NCBI GenBank assembly: GCA_037139975.1
Contig: JBAXFJ010000001.1
Location: 171,017 to 235,016 of the forward strand
DNA: 64,000 nt
Direction of reading: 5' to 3'
Origin: a bacterium
Lineage (GTDB): Bacteria > Patescibacteriota > Minisyncoccia > Phycocordibacterales > SBAW01
Below, one piece after another: positions 30,134 to 39,280 of this stretch (its first letter is position 1; each line of letters starts with the position of its first letter). Both the position numbers and the translations under genes were made by a program. Below the pieces are notes generated by a model that was not told the DNA's origin, ran no database searches, and worked only from the letters and a program-made list of their open reading frames with translations.

Positions 30134-30559
30134 ATGTTATTCCCAAAAAAAGTAAAATTTAGAAAGTCCCACACGATGCGGCGCAATCCAAAGCGCGACA
30201 TGATCGCTTCGCGCGGCGTTACGCTTGCGTTTGGTAGCCACGGTCTTAAGGCCACCACACATGCACGTGTGCGCAGCAACCAAATTGAGAGCGCGCGCAA
30301 AGTGATTGCTCGCTCGCTGGGCAAGGGTGGCAAGAGCTGGATCCGCATCTTTCCTGACAAGCCGTTTACCCAGAAGCCTGCTGAAGTAAAGCTCGGCAAA
30401 GGCAAGGGCGACCCGGTGGGATATGAGGTCGAGGTGTGGCCAGGCCGCATGTTGTTCGAGGTGGACGGCGTCGCCGACGCGCTTGCCCAAAAGACCTTGG
30501 TGAGCGCTGCAAAGAAGCTGCCACTCAAGGCAAAAGTTGTCTCACGTCACACCGCATAA
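30134..30559 (+). CDS. rplP: 50S ribosomal protein L16
   Basis: WIRIFPDKP, GKGKG. Confidence 0.98.
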   Translation: MLFPKKVKFRKSHTMRRNPKRDMIASRGVTLAFGSHGLKATTHARVRSNQIESARKVIARSLGKGGKSWIRIFPDKPFTQKPAEVKLGKGKGDPVGYEVEVWPGRMLFEVDGVADALAQKTLVSAAKKLPLKAKVVSRHTA

Positions 30560-30574
30560 GCCCTATATATTTTT

Positions 30575-30802
30575 ATGTCAAAGAAAAATTCACTCACAAA
30601 CCACTCTGCTGAAGATTTGCACCGCTTGGTCGCAGACAAGCGCGATGAGCTGCGCGACTTGCGTTTTGCGGCCGGAGGGAGTAAAAATCGCAATGTAAAG
30701 CTCATCTCGACCCTCCGCAAAACGGTTGCTCGGGCTCTGACTGAACAGCGTGCTCAAGAACTCGCAAGGTTAAACCTTGAGGGGGCGGGGGCTAAGGTTT
30801 AA
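30575..30802 (+). CDS. rpmC: 50S ribosomal protein L29
   Basis: Position; ELRDLRF...LRKTVARALT. Confidence 0.9.
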   Translation: MSKKNSLTNHSAEDLHRLVADKRDELRDLRFAAGGSKNRNVKLISTLRKTVARALTEQRAQELARLNLEGAGAKV

Positions 30803-30806
30803 CCTT
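30766..30806. repeat. Two inverted copies (3 and 4) of the AAGGTTAAACCTT palindrome in the rpmC 3' end
   Basis: aaggttaaacctt at 30766-30778 and aaggtttaacctt at 30794-30806. Confidence 0.8.
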
Positions 30807-30819
30807 GATGAATATATTT

Positions 30820-31083
30820 ATGGAAAAAGCAGCAACAAAAGCCCCAATAGCAACAAAGAAGAAGACTCTCCGTGGTACGGTGGTGTCCGACAAAATGCAG
30901 GACACTGCGGTGGTGGCCGTGCTGCGCTACGTAAAGCATCCAAAGTACAAGAAGTACATGAAGATCACCAAGAAGTATCACGCCCACAACCCGGCTAACC
31001 GCGCAAAGACTGGTGAAGCGGTTACCATTCGTTCATGTCGCCCCCTTTCCAAGACCAAATCGTTCGAGATCGTATTTGCATAA
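30820..31083 (+). CDS. rpsQ: 30S ribosomal protein S17
   Basis: GTVVSDKM, HPKYKK, RPLSKTK. Confidence 0.98.
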   Translation: MEKAATKAPIATKKKTLRGTVVSDKMQDTAVVAVLRYVKHPKYKKYMKITKKYHAHNPANRAKTGEAVTIRSCRPLSKTKSFEIVFA

Positions 31084-31093
31084 ATAAACCATT

Positions 31094-31474
31094 ATGATTC
31101 AAGACCGCTCACTCGTTGTTGTTGCAGATAATTCAGGCGCCAAAATTGGACGCGTGTTCAAGGTTCCTGGAAGCTCAAAGAAGCGTTACGCTGAAATCGG
31201 CGAGCTCGTTATCCTTTCCGTCCAGTCTGCAGAGCCACGCAAGGCAGTCAAAAAGAAAGACGTGCTCACTGCTGTGGTGGTGCGCCAGCGCAAGGCATTC
31301 AAGCGCAAAGATGGTTCATACATTCGTTTTGATGAAAACGCAGTCGTCATCCTCGACACCGGCGGCAAAGACAAAAAAGAGCCAAAAGCGGGTCGCATCT
31401 TTGGGCCAATTCCACGAGAGCTTGCAGACCTTGGCTACCAGACGCTCATTTCCCGTGCACCTGAAGTCGTGTAG
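31094..31474 (+). CDS. rplN: 50S ribosomal protein L14
   Basis: ADNSGAK, IRFDENA. Confidence 0.99.
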   Translation: MIQDRSLVVVADNSGAKIGRVFKVPGSSKKRYAEIGELVILSVQSAEPRKAVKKKDVLTAVVVRQRKAFKRKDGSYIRFDENAVVILDTGGKDKKEPKAGRIFGPIPRELADLGYQTLISRAPEVV

Positions 31475-31504
31475 GTCGGCAAAAGCAAAACAAAAGAAAC
31501 TTAT

Positions 31505-31822
31505 ATGAACACACTACACATCAAAAAAGGCGATACCGTGACAGTCCGCTCCGGCGTTGACAAAGGTAAGACAGGGAAGGTTTTAGGAGTTTTTCCAAAG
31601 ACCGGACTTGTCTTGGTTGAGGGCGTTGGTATGTACAAAAAGCACCAGAAGCCTCGCAAAGAAGGTCAAAAGGGCCAGATCGTTGAGAAGTACCACCCGA
31701 TTGCAGCAAGCAAGGTGACGCTCGCAGACAAGAAAGAAAAGAGTGGTAAAGCAAAACCCACAGCAGCAAAAACCACCAAGACAGCAACCAAAGCGCCTGC
31801 TAAAAAAGTAGCAGCTAAATAA
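31505..31822 (+). CDS. rplX: 50S ribosomal protein L24
   Basis: IKKGDTV..GVDKGKTG. Confidence 0.98.
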   Translation: MNTLHIKKGDTVTVRSGVDKGKTGKVLGVFPKTGLVLVEGVGMYKKHQKPRKEGQKGQIVEKYHPIAASKVTLADKKEKSGKAKPTAAKTTKTATKAPAKKVAAK

Positions 31823-31827
31823 TCCGT

Positions 31828-32367
31828 ATGGCAAAACTTATACAAGAACAACAGAAAACAGCGTTCAGTACTCTCAAGGGCGACTTTGGGTGGAAGAATG
31901 TGATGCAAGTGCCAAAGATCGAGAAGGTAACCATCTCGGTGGGGGTGGGCAAGGTGGTGAAGGATAAACAAAAGACTGCGCTCATTGCTGACAGGCTTGC
32001 TAAAATCACAGGACAGAAAGCCGCAAAACGCGGTGCCAAAAAGGCCATCGCGACCTACAAGACCCGTGTGGGCGACCATATCGGCTACCAGGTCACCTTG
32101 CGCGGCGCTCGTGCGCTCGACTTCATCAATCGCTTAGTGCACATCGCACTTCCTCGCACCAAAGACTTTAAGGGTATTCCTTCGGGCTCGGTGGACGATA
32201 TGGGTAACTACACGCTTGGTATCCGCGAGCACATCGTCTTTCCTGAGACCGCTGAAGAAGAACTCAAAGACGTCTTTGGTATGGCCATCACCGTCGGCAC
32301 CTCTGCCAAAAACAAAAAAGAAGCGCACGCATATCTCGCGCACTTGGGCTTCCCGTTCAAAAAGTAG
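31828..32367 (+). CDS. rplE: 50S ribosomal protein L5
   Basis: KITGQK, VTLRG, GNYTLGI. Confidence 0.98.
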   Translation: MAKLIQEQQKTAFSTLKGDFGWKNVMQVPKIEKVTISVGVGKVVKDKQKTALIADRLAKITGQKAAKRGAKKAIATYKTRVGDHIGYQVTLRGARALDFINRLVHIALPRTKDFKGIPSGSVDDMGNYTLGIREHIVFPETAEEELKDVFGMAITVGTSAKNKKEAHAYLAHLGFPFKK

Positions 32368-32374
32368 GGTTAGT

Positions 32375-32403
32375 TTGACTTCTTTAGCTCAATCGCGTAT
32401 ATT
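32375..32403 (+). promoter_or_regulatory. Internal promoter before rpsN
   Basis: TTGACT-17-TATATT. Confidence 0.65.
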
Positions 32404-32447
32404 TTGAGGGCCCAAACAAGGGCACTTTTCTTTAGGAAACAAGCAGT

Positions 32448-32633
32448 ATGGCAAAAACATCAACCGTAGCACGATCGAATAAACCCCCAAAGTTTGCTTC
32501 AAGGGTTGTTCGCCGTTGCTTCCGTTGTGGCCGCAAGCGCGCGTTCATGCGCGACTTCGGGATGTGCCGCTTGTGCTTCCGCGAGGCCGCAAACGAAGGC
32601 TTGATCCCCGGCATCAAGAAGTCATCCTGGTAA
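32448..32633 (+). CDS. rpsN: 30S ribosomal protein S14 (Zn-binding type Z)
   Basis: CFRC..CRLCFRE. Confidence 0.98.
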   Translation: MAKTSTVARSNKPPKFASRVVRRCFRCGRKRAFMRDFGMCRLCFREAANEGLIPGIKKSSW

Positions 32634-32643
32634 TACAAAATAT

Positions 32644-33033
32644 ATGGTAACCGACCCAATTTCAGATTTCATAATCCGCCTGCAGAATGCGTCACGCACG
32701 AACAAAGAAAGCGTGTCTTTGCCATTTTCAAAAATGAAGCTCGCCATTGCCGAGGTGCTTAAGCGCGAAGGATACCTTTCTGATGTTGAAGGTAAGTCAA
32801 AAACAGGCAACACACTCTCCGTTGGTCTCAAATACAAAAACGGCAAGCCAGTCATCACCGGCGTTAAGCGCATCTCGAAGCCTTCGCGCCGCATGTATAT
32901 GGGGGTCAAAGAGCTGCGCCCGGTCAAGCGCGGTTATGGGCTCCTCGTGCTTTCAACCCCTGCGGGTGTCGTTACGGGTAAGCAAGCGCGTGAACAAAAG
33001 GTCGGCGGCGAAGCTCTGTTTGAAATTTGGTAA
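32644..33033 (+). CDS. rpsH: 30S ribosomal protein S8
   Basis: DPISDF, RISKPSRR, STPAG. Confidence 0.98.
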   Translation: MVTDPISDFIIRLQNASRTNKESVSLPFSKMKLAIAEVLKREGYLSDVEGKSKTGNTLSVGLKYKNGKPVITGVKRISKPSRRMYMGVKELRPVKRGYGLLVLSTPAGVVTGKQAREQKVGGEALFEIW

Positions 33034-33039
33034 ACATAT

Positions 33040-33573
33040 ATGTCACGACTTGCAAAACGCCCTATCGCGATTCCAAAACAAGCTGAAATTACAGTTTCAG
33101 CGGATACTATTTCTGTCAAAGGCCCAAAAGGTACGCTGGTGAAGCCTGCGCACCGACTCATCTCGGTTGAAGTGCTCCCCGACGGTGTCCAGGTGGCACA
33201 GAAAACACAGTCGCGCGAGGCGCAGGCGCTCGTGGGCACCTACGCCTCACACATGCGCAACATGATGCACGGTGTGACTACGGGCTTTAGCAAAAAGCTG
33301 CTTGTCGAAGGTGTTGGTTTCAAGTGGGAGGTTGCGGGCAATTCGCTCAACATGGCGCTTGGTTTTTCACACCCAGTTAAAATGATCATCCCTCAAGGAC
33401 TCACGGTGGTTGCTGAGCGCGGCACACTCACCATCTCGGGTTTCGATAAGGAAGCAATCGGACAATTTGCGGCAAACGTGCGCGCGTTCAAGAAGCCTGA
33501 GCCATACAAAGGTAAAGGTATCCGTTATGAAGGCGAGGTGGTTCGTCGCAAGCAGGGTAAGAAATCTGCCTAG
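33040..33573 (+). CDS. rplF: 50S ribosomal protein L6
   Basis: PEPYKGKGIRY. Confidence 0.99.
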   Translation: MSRLAKRPIAIPKQAEITVSADTISVKGPKGTLVKPAHRLISVEVLPDGVQVAQKTQSREAQALVGTYASHMRNMMHGVTTGFSKKLLVEGVGFKWEVAGNSLNMALGFSHPVKMIIPQGLTVVAERGTLTISGFDKEAIGQFAANVRAFKKPEPYKGKGIRYEGEVVRRKQGKKSA

Positions 33574-33593
33574 TGTGAGATTTTGAAACAGAT

Positions 33594-33962
33594 ATGAATA
33601 AGCAAATTGCAAAACAAGAAGGAAAAGAACGTCGCCACAACCGTGTGCGTGCTAAGGTTGTGGGTACCACTGCGCGCCCTCGTCTCGCGGTCTACAAGTC
33701 CAACCGCTACCTGCACGCACAGATCATCGACGACATGGTGGGGAAGACCCTTGTTGCGGGCACCACGCAACCTGCAAAAAAAATAGCTGCAGCAAAAAAA
33801 CTTAAAAAAAGTGAAGCTGCTGACAAACTTGGGGAGAGTCTTGCAAAACAGGCTATCGCTTTGGGTATTACTGCAGTAGTATTCGACCGAGGCGGCTTTC
33901 GCTACACGGGCCGCGTGGCTCAGTTGGCAGAAAGCGCACGGAAAGGGGGTCTCACGTTTTAA
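33594..33962 (+). CDS. rplR: 50S ribosomal protein L18
   Basis: RPRLAVYKSN, VVFDRGG. Confidence 0.98.
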   Translation: MNKQIAKQEGKERRHNRVRAKVVGTTARPRLAVYKSNRYLHAQIIDDMVGKTLVAGTTQPAKKIAAAKKLKKSEAADKLGESLAKQAIALGITAVVFDRGGFRYTGRVAQLAESARKGGLTF

Positions 33963-33970
33963 TATACTAT

Positions 33971-34582
33971 ATGGCTGAAACAGAAACAGAAAACATCATA
34001 CCCGAAGTAGTTGTATCCAACGCAGCAGCTCCAGAAGTCGCCGCTCCGGCGGCTCGTGGTGCACGCAATGACCGCCGCGGCGGCCCGGGTGCACGAGGGG
34101 GTACGGGGGGGCGTCCAGGTGGTCGTGGTGGCCCACGCCCACCCCGCGCTCGCAGTGAGTTTGACCAGCGCATGATTACTATTCGCCGCGTGTCTCGTGT
34201 GGTTGCCGGGGGTCGTCGCTTCTCGTTCAGCGTTGCGCTCATTATCGGCAACAAAAAGGGCAAGGTCGGTGTGGGTCTCGGTAAGGCAGGGGACACAACT
34301 CTTGCTATCGACAAAGCAGTTCGTGACGCAAAGAAGCACATGATCATACTCAACCTCACCAAGGACAGTTCTATCAAGCACGAGGTTGCAGCCAAGTATT
34401 GTGCAGCGCGTGTGTCTTTGACCCCTGCGCACGGTCGTGGATTGGTGGCTGGTTCGTCGGTGCGTCCCGTGCTCGAACTTGCGGGTGTGACCAATATAGT
34501 CGCTAAGGTGCGCTCAGGCAGCAAAAACGGCCTGAACAACGCACGCGCTGCTATCGAGGCGCTCAAACTGCTCAAAGCCTAA
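33971..34582 (+). CDS. rpsE: 30S ribosomal protein S5
   Basis: RVVAGGRRFSF, VLELAG. Confidence 0.98.
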   Translation: MAETETENIIPEVVVSNAAAPEVAAPAARGARNDRRGGPGARGGTGGRPGGRGGPRPPRARSEFDQRMITIRRVSRVVAGGRRFSFSVALIIGNKKGKVGVGLGKAGDTTLAIDKAVRDAKKHMIILNLTKDSSIKHEVAAKYCAARVSLTPAHGRGLVAGSSVRPVLELAGVTNIVAKVRSGSKNGLNNARAAIEALKLLKA

Positions 34583-34619
34583 AGAACATAGAAATTAATT
34601 TCTATACATAAAAAAGTGT

Positions 34620-35066
34620 ATGCAACTCAACGAACTCAAACGAAAAACAGAAAATAAAGACGAAAAGCGCGTTGGTCGTGGTGGTATTCGCGGCAAGACC
34701 TCTGGTCGTGGCACCAAGGGTCAAAAAGCCCGCTCGGGTCACCGCATCCGTCCCGACATCCGCGAACAGCTTAAAAAGATTCCTAAGTTGCGCGGTCGCG
34801 GTGTACATGGTTTGCGCACCATTCAGACAAAGCCTTTGGTGCTTAATGTTTCGTCCCTTGAGACCCTCTTTGCTGCGGGGGACACGGTGACTCCGCAGAC
34901 GCTCATCGAACGTGGTATTTTGCATGTTAAAAAAGGCACCGCCCTACCAAAGGTAAAAATTCTCGGCACGGGCGAGATAGTTAAGAAAATCTCTATTTCT
35001 GGCTGTATGGTCTCAAAAAGTGCGCAAGAAAAGGTAGAAAAGGCTGGCGGCTCCGTACAGAAGTAA
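34620..35066 (+). CDS. rplO: 50S ribosomal protein L15
   Basis: GKTSGRGTKGQKARSG. Confidence 0.98.
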   Translation: MQLNELKRKTENKDEKRVGRGGIRGKTSGRGTKGQKARSGHRIRPDIREQLKKIPKLRGRGVHGLRTIQTKPLVLNVSSLETLFAAGDTVTPQTLIERGILHVKKGTALPKVKILGTGEIVKKISISGCMVSKSAQEKVEKAGGSVQK

Positions 35067-35102
35067 TTTCTGGTATAGTGAGTGGGCAAAAGGAAGCAAA
35101 CG

Positions 35103-36374
35103 ATGGACACATTTACTCAAAAAATAGCACTTCTTTTTGGGGATAGAACGCTCCGCAACCGCATGTTCTTCGTGCTCGGCGCTCTTGCAGTGTTTCGTAT
35201 GCTTGCTTCGATCCCAGTCCCTGGGATTAACGCGACCCAGCTCCAACTCTTTTTCAATAATAACCAATTCTTTGGCCTACTGAACCTCTTTTCAGGTGGT
35301 GGGCTTTCAAACCTTTCTATCATGCTTTTGGGTGTTGGGCCCTACATTACCGCGTCTATAATCCTGCAGCTTCTCACGATGATGGTGCCAAGCCTTAAGG
35401 CGCTCTACCAAGAAGAAGGTGAAGCAGGCCGTGCGCGTTTCAGCCAGTACACACGCTTTCTAACGCTTCCGGTTGCTGTTGTGCAGGGTATTAGCTTCTT
35501 GCTGATACTTGAGCGCAGCGGTGTTTTGCCCGGCCTGTCGCCATTCCAATTTGCCGTCAACCTGCTTGCTATTGTTGCGGGATCGTTGCTGTTGATGTGG
35601 ATCGGTGAACTCATCTCAGAATTTGGCCTTGGCAACGGCGTTTCAGTACTCATCTTTGCAGGTATTGTGGCACGTCTCCCGCGCGACCTCAGTCAAGCAT
35701 TGTTTTCATTCACTTCAAGTCAGATTCCAACCTACCTGGCTTTTTTGGCTGCGGCAGTTGCCATTGTTATGGCCGTTGTGGTGGTGACTGAGGCCGAGCG
35801 CCCCGTGCCGGTGACCTATGCGAAGCGCGTTCGGGGCAGTAAGTTTTTTGGTGGTTCGTCGACCTACCTTCCGCTACGCCTCAACCAAGCAGGTGTGATC
35901 CCCATCATCTTTGCACTTTCATTGCTACTCATCCCACAAATGGCTGCAACGTTTTTTTCAACATCACACAATGTTCTGGTGTCGCGCGCGGCATTCAGCG
36001 TGCTGCATGTGCTGCAAAACCTAGGCGTCTATGGCACCATCTACTTTGCACTCGTGTTCCTCTTTACATACTTTTACACTGCAGTAACATTTGACCCACA
36101 CCAAATCGCTGAGAACTTGCAGAAAAACGGTGCGTTCATTCCTGGCGTGCGTCCTGGTCCTTCGACCGTTGAGTACTTGTCCAATGTCATCACGCGCATT
36201 ACGTTTGTGGGTGCTCTCTTCTTGGGTGTTGTGGCTGTCTTGCCAATCGCGATGCAGTCGCTCACGGGCATTGCCACACTCACACTTGGCGGCACCGCTC
36301 TGCTCATCGTCGTTTCGGTCATCCTCGACCTTGCCCGCCGCATTGACGCGCAAATATCTTTGCGAGAATATTAA
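35103..36374 (+). CDS. secY: Preprotein translocase subunit SecY
   Basis: GVGPYITASII, GLGNGVS, IPGVRPG, GGTALLIVV. Confidence 0.99.
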   Translation: MDTFTQKIALLFGDRTLRNRMFFVLGALAVFRMLASIPVPGINATQLQLFFNNNQFFGLLNLFSGGGLSNLSIMLLGVGPYITASIILQLLTMMVPSLKALYQEEGEAGRARFSQYTRFLTLPVAVVQGISFLLILERSGVLPGLSPFQFAVNLLAIVAGSLLLMWIGELISEFGLGNGVSVLIFAGIVARLPRDLSQALFSFTSSQIPTYLAFLAAAVAIVMAVVVVTEAERPVPVTYAKRVRGSKFFGGSSTYLPLRLNQAGVIPIIFALSLLLIPQMAATFFSTSHNVLVSRAAFSVLHVLQNLGVYGTIYFALVFLFTYFYTAVTFDPHQIAENLQKNGAFIPGVRPGPSTVEYLSNVITRITFVGALFLGVVAVLPIAMQSLTGIATLTLGGTALLIVVSVILDLARRIDAQISLREY

Positions 36375-36379
36375 TACTC

Positions 36380-36949
36380 ATGGAAGCAAACACCTTTGTC
36401 ATCATGGGTCGGCCGGGTTCTGGCAAGGGTACACAAGCAAAGCTCTTGGCTGAGCGTTTTACCTGCGCCGTAGCATCTCTGGGCACTGAGTTTCGACATA
36501 TGATGGCGAGCGACACCGTTGCCGGGCTGCATCTCACCGCAGGGCTCAATGCGGGAGAGCTTGCGCCGACTTGGTTGGCAAATTATCTAAGCACAAAAGC
36601 ACTTGTTGCACTCGGTGCAGGAGAAAAAATAGTCTTCGATAGTGGCTGTCGGTTTCTTACTGAAGCAGTGCTTTTTGACGAAATAACCACATGGCTTGGG
36701 CGAGACTACCTAGTGCTCTATGTTGATGTGGCTGAAGAGGAGATACGTCGCCGTGTTGCAAAACGAGGTGTAATAGAAGGGAGGTTAGACGACTCGGACA
36801 GCGCGCTCGATAAGCGGATTGAAGAATTTAACACAAAGACGTTACCGGCAATAAACTATTTTCGATCAAAAGGAAAGCTTCTTACTGTCGACGGCGCGCA
36901 AATGGTTGAAGAAGTCTACAAAAGCATCCTAAATGTTATTGGGGTATAA
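36380..36949 (+). CDS. adk: Adenylate kinase-family NMP kinase, copy 1 (short LID, divergent)
   Basis: GRPGSGKGTQ; DGFPR motif altered to DSGCR. Confidence 0.85.
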   Translation: MEANTFVIMGRPGSGKGTQAKLLAERFTCAVASLGTEFRHMMASDTVAGLHLTAGLNAGELAPTWLANYLSTKALVALGAGEKIVFDSGCRFLTEAVLFDEITTWLGRDYLVLYVDVAEEEIRRRVAKRGVIEGRLDDSDSALDKRIEEFNTKTLPAINYFRSKGKLLTVDGAQMVEEVYKSILNVIGV

Positions 36950-36956
36950 TACTGCT

Positions 36957-37547
36957 GTGGAAGAACTAACCGTCATATTTTTGGGCCCACAAGGGAGCGG
37001 CAAGGGCACCCAAGTGGCTCTTTTGAAGGAGTATATCGCCAAGAACAATAGCCGCTCGATTGTCTACTTTACCGCTGGCACTAACCTGCGCGCATTTGCC
37101 ACTAACGAAGGCTACACACAAGAAAAGATCCGCCCACTCATTTCAGCGGGCAAGCTCATTCCCACGTTCATAACCACAGAACTCTTTTCTTCACGCCTCA
37201 TTGGCAGCATGCACGGCAACGAGCACATAATCTTGGACGGGTTTCCGCGCACCATCGACCAAACACCAACTCTGGACACTGCGCTGCAGTTTTATGGGCG
37301 AAAAAATGTGACCGTGCTTTCGTTCACGCTTTCTGATGCTGTGGCGCGCGAGCGCCTCTCAAAGCGCGACCGCGGAGATGATACTGAAGAGGGAATCGAA
37401 GAGCGACTCCGCTGGTCGCACCAAGAAGGCGCGCTGGTGAGCGAGTGGTTCAAAGCAAATTCTTTTTATAGATACATCGAGATCAACGGCGAAGGTCCCG
37501 TTGAAGAAGTGCATCGCAACGTGCTCACCGTGCTCGGTTTTTCTTAA
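36957..37547 (+). CDS. adk: Adenylate kinase-family NMP kinase, copy 2 (short LID)
   Basis: GPQGSGKGTQ, LDGFPRT; GTG start 6 nt after TATAAT. Confidence 0.88.
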   Translation: MEELTVIFLGPQGSGKGTQVALLKEYIAKNNSRSIVYFTAGTNLRAFATNEGYTQEKIRPLISAGKLIPTFITTELFSSRLIGSMHGNEHIILDGFPRTIDQTPTLDTALQFYGRKNVTVLSFTLSDAVARERLSKRDRGDDTEEGIEERLRWSHQEGALVSEWFKANSFYRYIEINGEGPVEEVHRNVLTVLGFS

Positions 37548-37573
37548 ACGCATATCGTTTTTATTTCTACAAA

Positions 37574-38341
37574 ATGATAGCAAAAAAAGAAAGCGATATA
37601 CAAAATTTGCGCACCGGGGGCAAGATTCTCTCAGAGGTGTTGCGAGAGCTTGCAGACAAGGCAAAAGCTGGAGTGACGACCGCGGCGCTCGACCTTGCTG
37701 CCGAGCAGCTCATCCGTCGCGCCGGGGCTGTGCCGGCATTCCTTAACTACAAACCACAGGGCGCAAGCTATCCATTTCCCGCAGCCCTCTGCGCCTCAAT
37801 CAACGACGAAGTAGTGCATGGTATCCCGAGCGAAGAGCGCGTGCTTGAGGCGGGCGACATTGTCACGCTTGACCTCGGGCTCTCGTTTGGGGGCATGTTT
37901 GTTGATTCAGCAGTCTCTGTCTGTGTGGGTGGTGGGGGTGACGCAGGGGCACAAAAGTTGCTTACTGCAACGCGTGAGGCGCTCACAGTGGGTATTGCGG
38001 CCACACAGGCGGGTGGGCATGTGGGCGACATTGGTGCGGCGGTTGCTGCGGTAGCAAAAAAGTATGGGCTGTCGGTCGTCGCTGAGCTTGGTGGCCACGC
38101 GCTGGGCAAAAAACCCCACGAGCAGCCTTTTATTGCAAACATTGGGCGCGTGGGCGAAGGTGAAAAAATTGTTGAGGGAATGGTCTTGGCGCTGGAACCG
38201 ATCTTTACCGAAGGGAAGGGGACCATTGACCTCGCAAGCGACCAATGGACTTACGTCACGCGCGATGGTTCACGCGCTGCACATTTTGAACAAACAATTT
38301 TGGTCACCAAAGATGGGGCGGAAATAGTAACCCCGTTTTAA
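37574..38341 (+). CDS. map: Methionine aminopeptidase type I
   Basis: INDEVVHGIP, GGHALG, AHFEQT. Confidence 0.97.
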   Translation: MIAKKESDIQNLRTGGKILSEVLRELADKAKAGVTTAALDLAAEQLIRRAGAVPAFLNYKPQGASYPFPAALCASINDEVVHGIPSEERVLEAGDIVTLDLGLSFGGMFVDSAVSVCVGGGGDAGAQKLLTATREALTVGIAATQAGGHVGDIGAAVAAVAKKYGLSVVAELGGHALGKKPHEQPFIANIGRVGEGEKIVEGMVLALEPIFTEGKGTIDLASDQWTYVTRDGSRAAHFEQTILVTKDGAEIVTPF

Positions 38342-38395
38342 AAGAAGGACAGAGGGTGGGTTGCATTCTTTCTATAGATATTGTACAGTAGCGTC

Positions 38396-38989
38396 ATGAA
38401 AAACCCGAAAGAGGAGCAAACGTTTATGCTCATTAAGCCTGACGGAGTGCAAAAAGGCCTTATTGGCGAGATTATTAAGCGCCTTGAACAGCGTGATTTA
38501 AAGGTGGTAGCACTCGAAATGTTCCACGCTTCAAAAAAGGAGATAGATACTCATTACCCTCACGACGAAAAGTGGATTCGCCGTCTCGGCGAGAAGACGC
38601 TCTCGACCTACCAAAAAGCAGGTCTCGACATCAAAGACGTAAAGAAAGATTTTAATACCACCGATTTACTTAAGGTGGGGAAGGTGGTGCGCGGATGGTT
38701 GGTTGATTTTATGTCATCCTCGCCGATGGTTAAAATGGTAGTCGAAGGGGTGCATGCCGTCGAGATGGTGCGCAAAATTGGCGGCCCAACGATGCCGTAC
38801 TTGGCCGAGATGGGGACCATTCGCGGCGACTACTCGGCCGACTCGGCGCTCTCGGCCAACATGGAGCGCCGCGCGGTCTATAACCTGGTGCACGCCTCTG
38901 AGACTCCTGAAGAAGCGAAACACGAGATCAATCACTGGTTCGGCAAAAAAACAATCTTTAAGTACAAGCGTTTTGGGGTCGATAGGTAG
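38396..38989 (+). CDS. ndk: Nucleoside diphosphate kinase
   Basis: IKPDGV, GTIRGDY, NLVHASE. Confidence 0.96.
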   Translation: MKNPKEEQTFMLIKPDGVQKGLIGEIIKRLEQRDLKVVALEMFHASKKEIDTHYPHDEKWIRRLGEKTLSTYQKAGLDIKDVKKDFNTTDLLKVGKVVRGWLVDFMSSSPMVKMVVEGVHAVEMVRKIGGPTMPYLAEMGTIRGDYSADSALSANMERRAVYNLVHASETPEEAKHEINHWFGKKTIFKYKRFGVDR

Positions 38990-39036
38990 GAGTAACAGAA
39001 AGGTTGCGCCCCTGTAAAATTTGATATACTAGGCTA

Positions 39037-39155
39037 GGACACCGAAGCCAAATGTCCTTAAGTGTTAAAACGGGAGTTTGGAAGTTGGGCAGCACCTTGG
39101 TGTGGTCCACAGAACACCCACCTGGAATACCGCCAGACACTTGGCTTCGGAGTCC
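39037..39155 (+). ncRNA. ssrS: Probable compact 6S RNA
   Basis: 5' ggacaccgaagccaaatgtc pairs with 3' gacacttggcttcggagtcc; central bubble flanked by cgggag and cacccacc; own promoter (TTGCGC...TATACT) and terminator. Confidence 0.7.
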
Positions 39156-39163
39156 AACAGAGT

Positions 39164-39200
39164 GTCCCGCCTTCTGCAAAACCGCAGGGCGGGATTTTCT
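39164..39200 (+). terminator. Terminator after the 6S-like RNA
   Basis: tcccgcc..ctgc aaaacc gcag ggcggga followed by tttt. Confidence 0.75.
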
Positions 39201-39280
39201 GTTACAATGCACGAGGCGACCACAAGGCAACACCTTCCAAAGCTAAGGAGTCGCCTTAAAACCAGCCGCCTTTAAACCAT

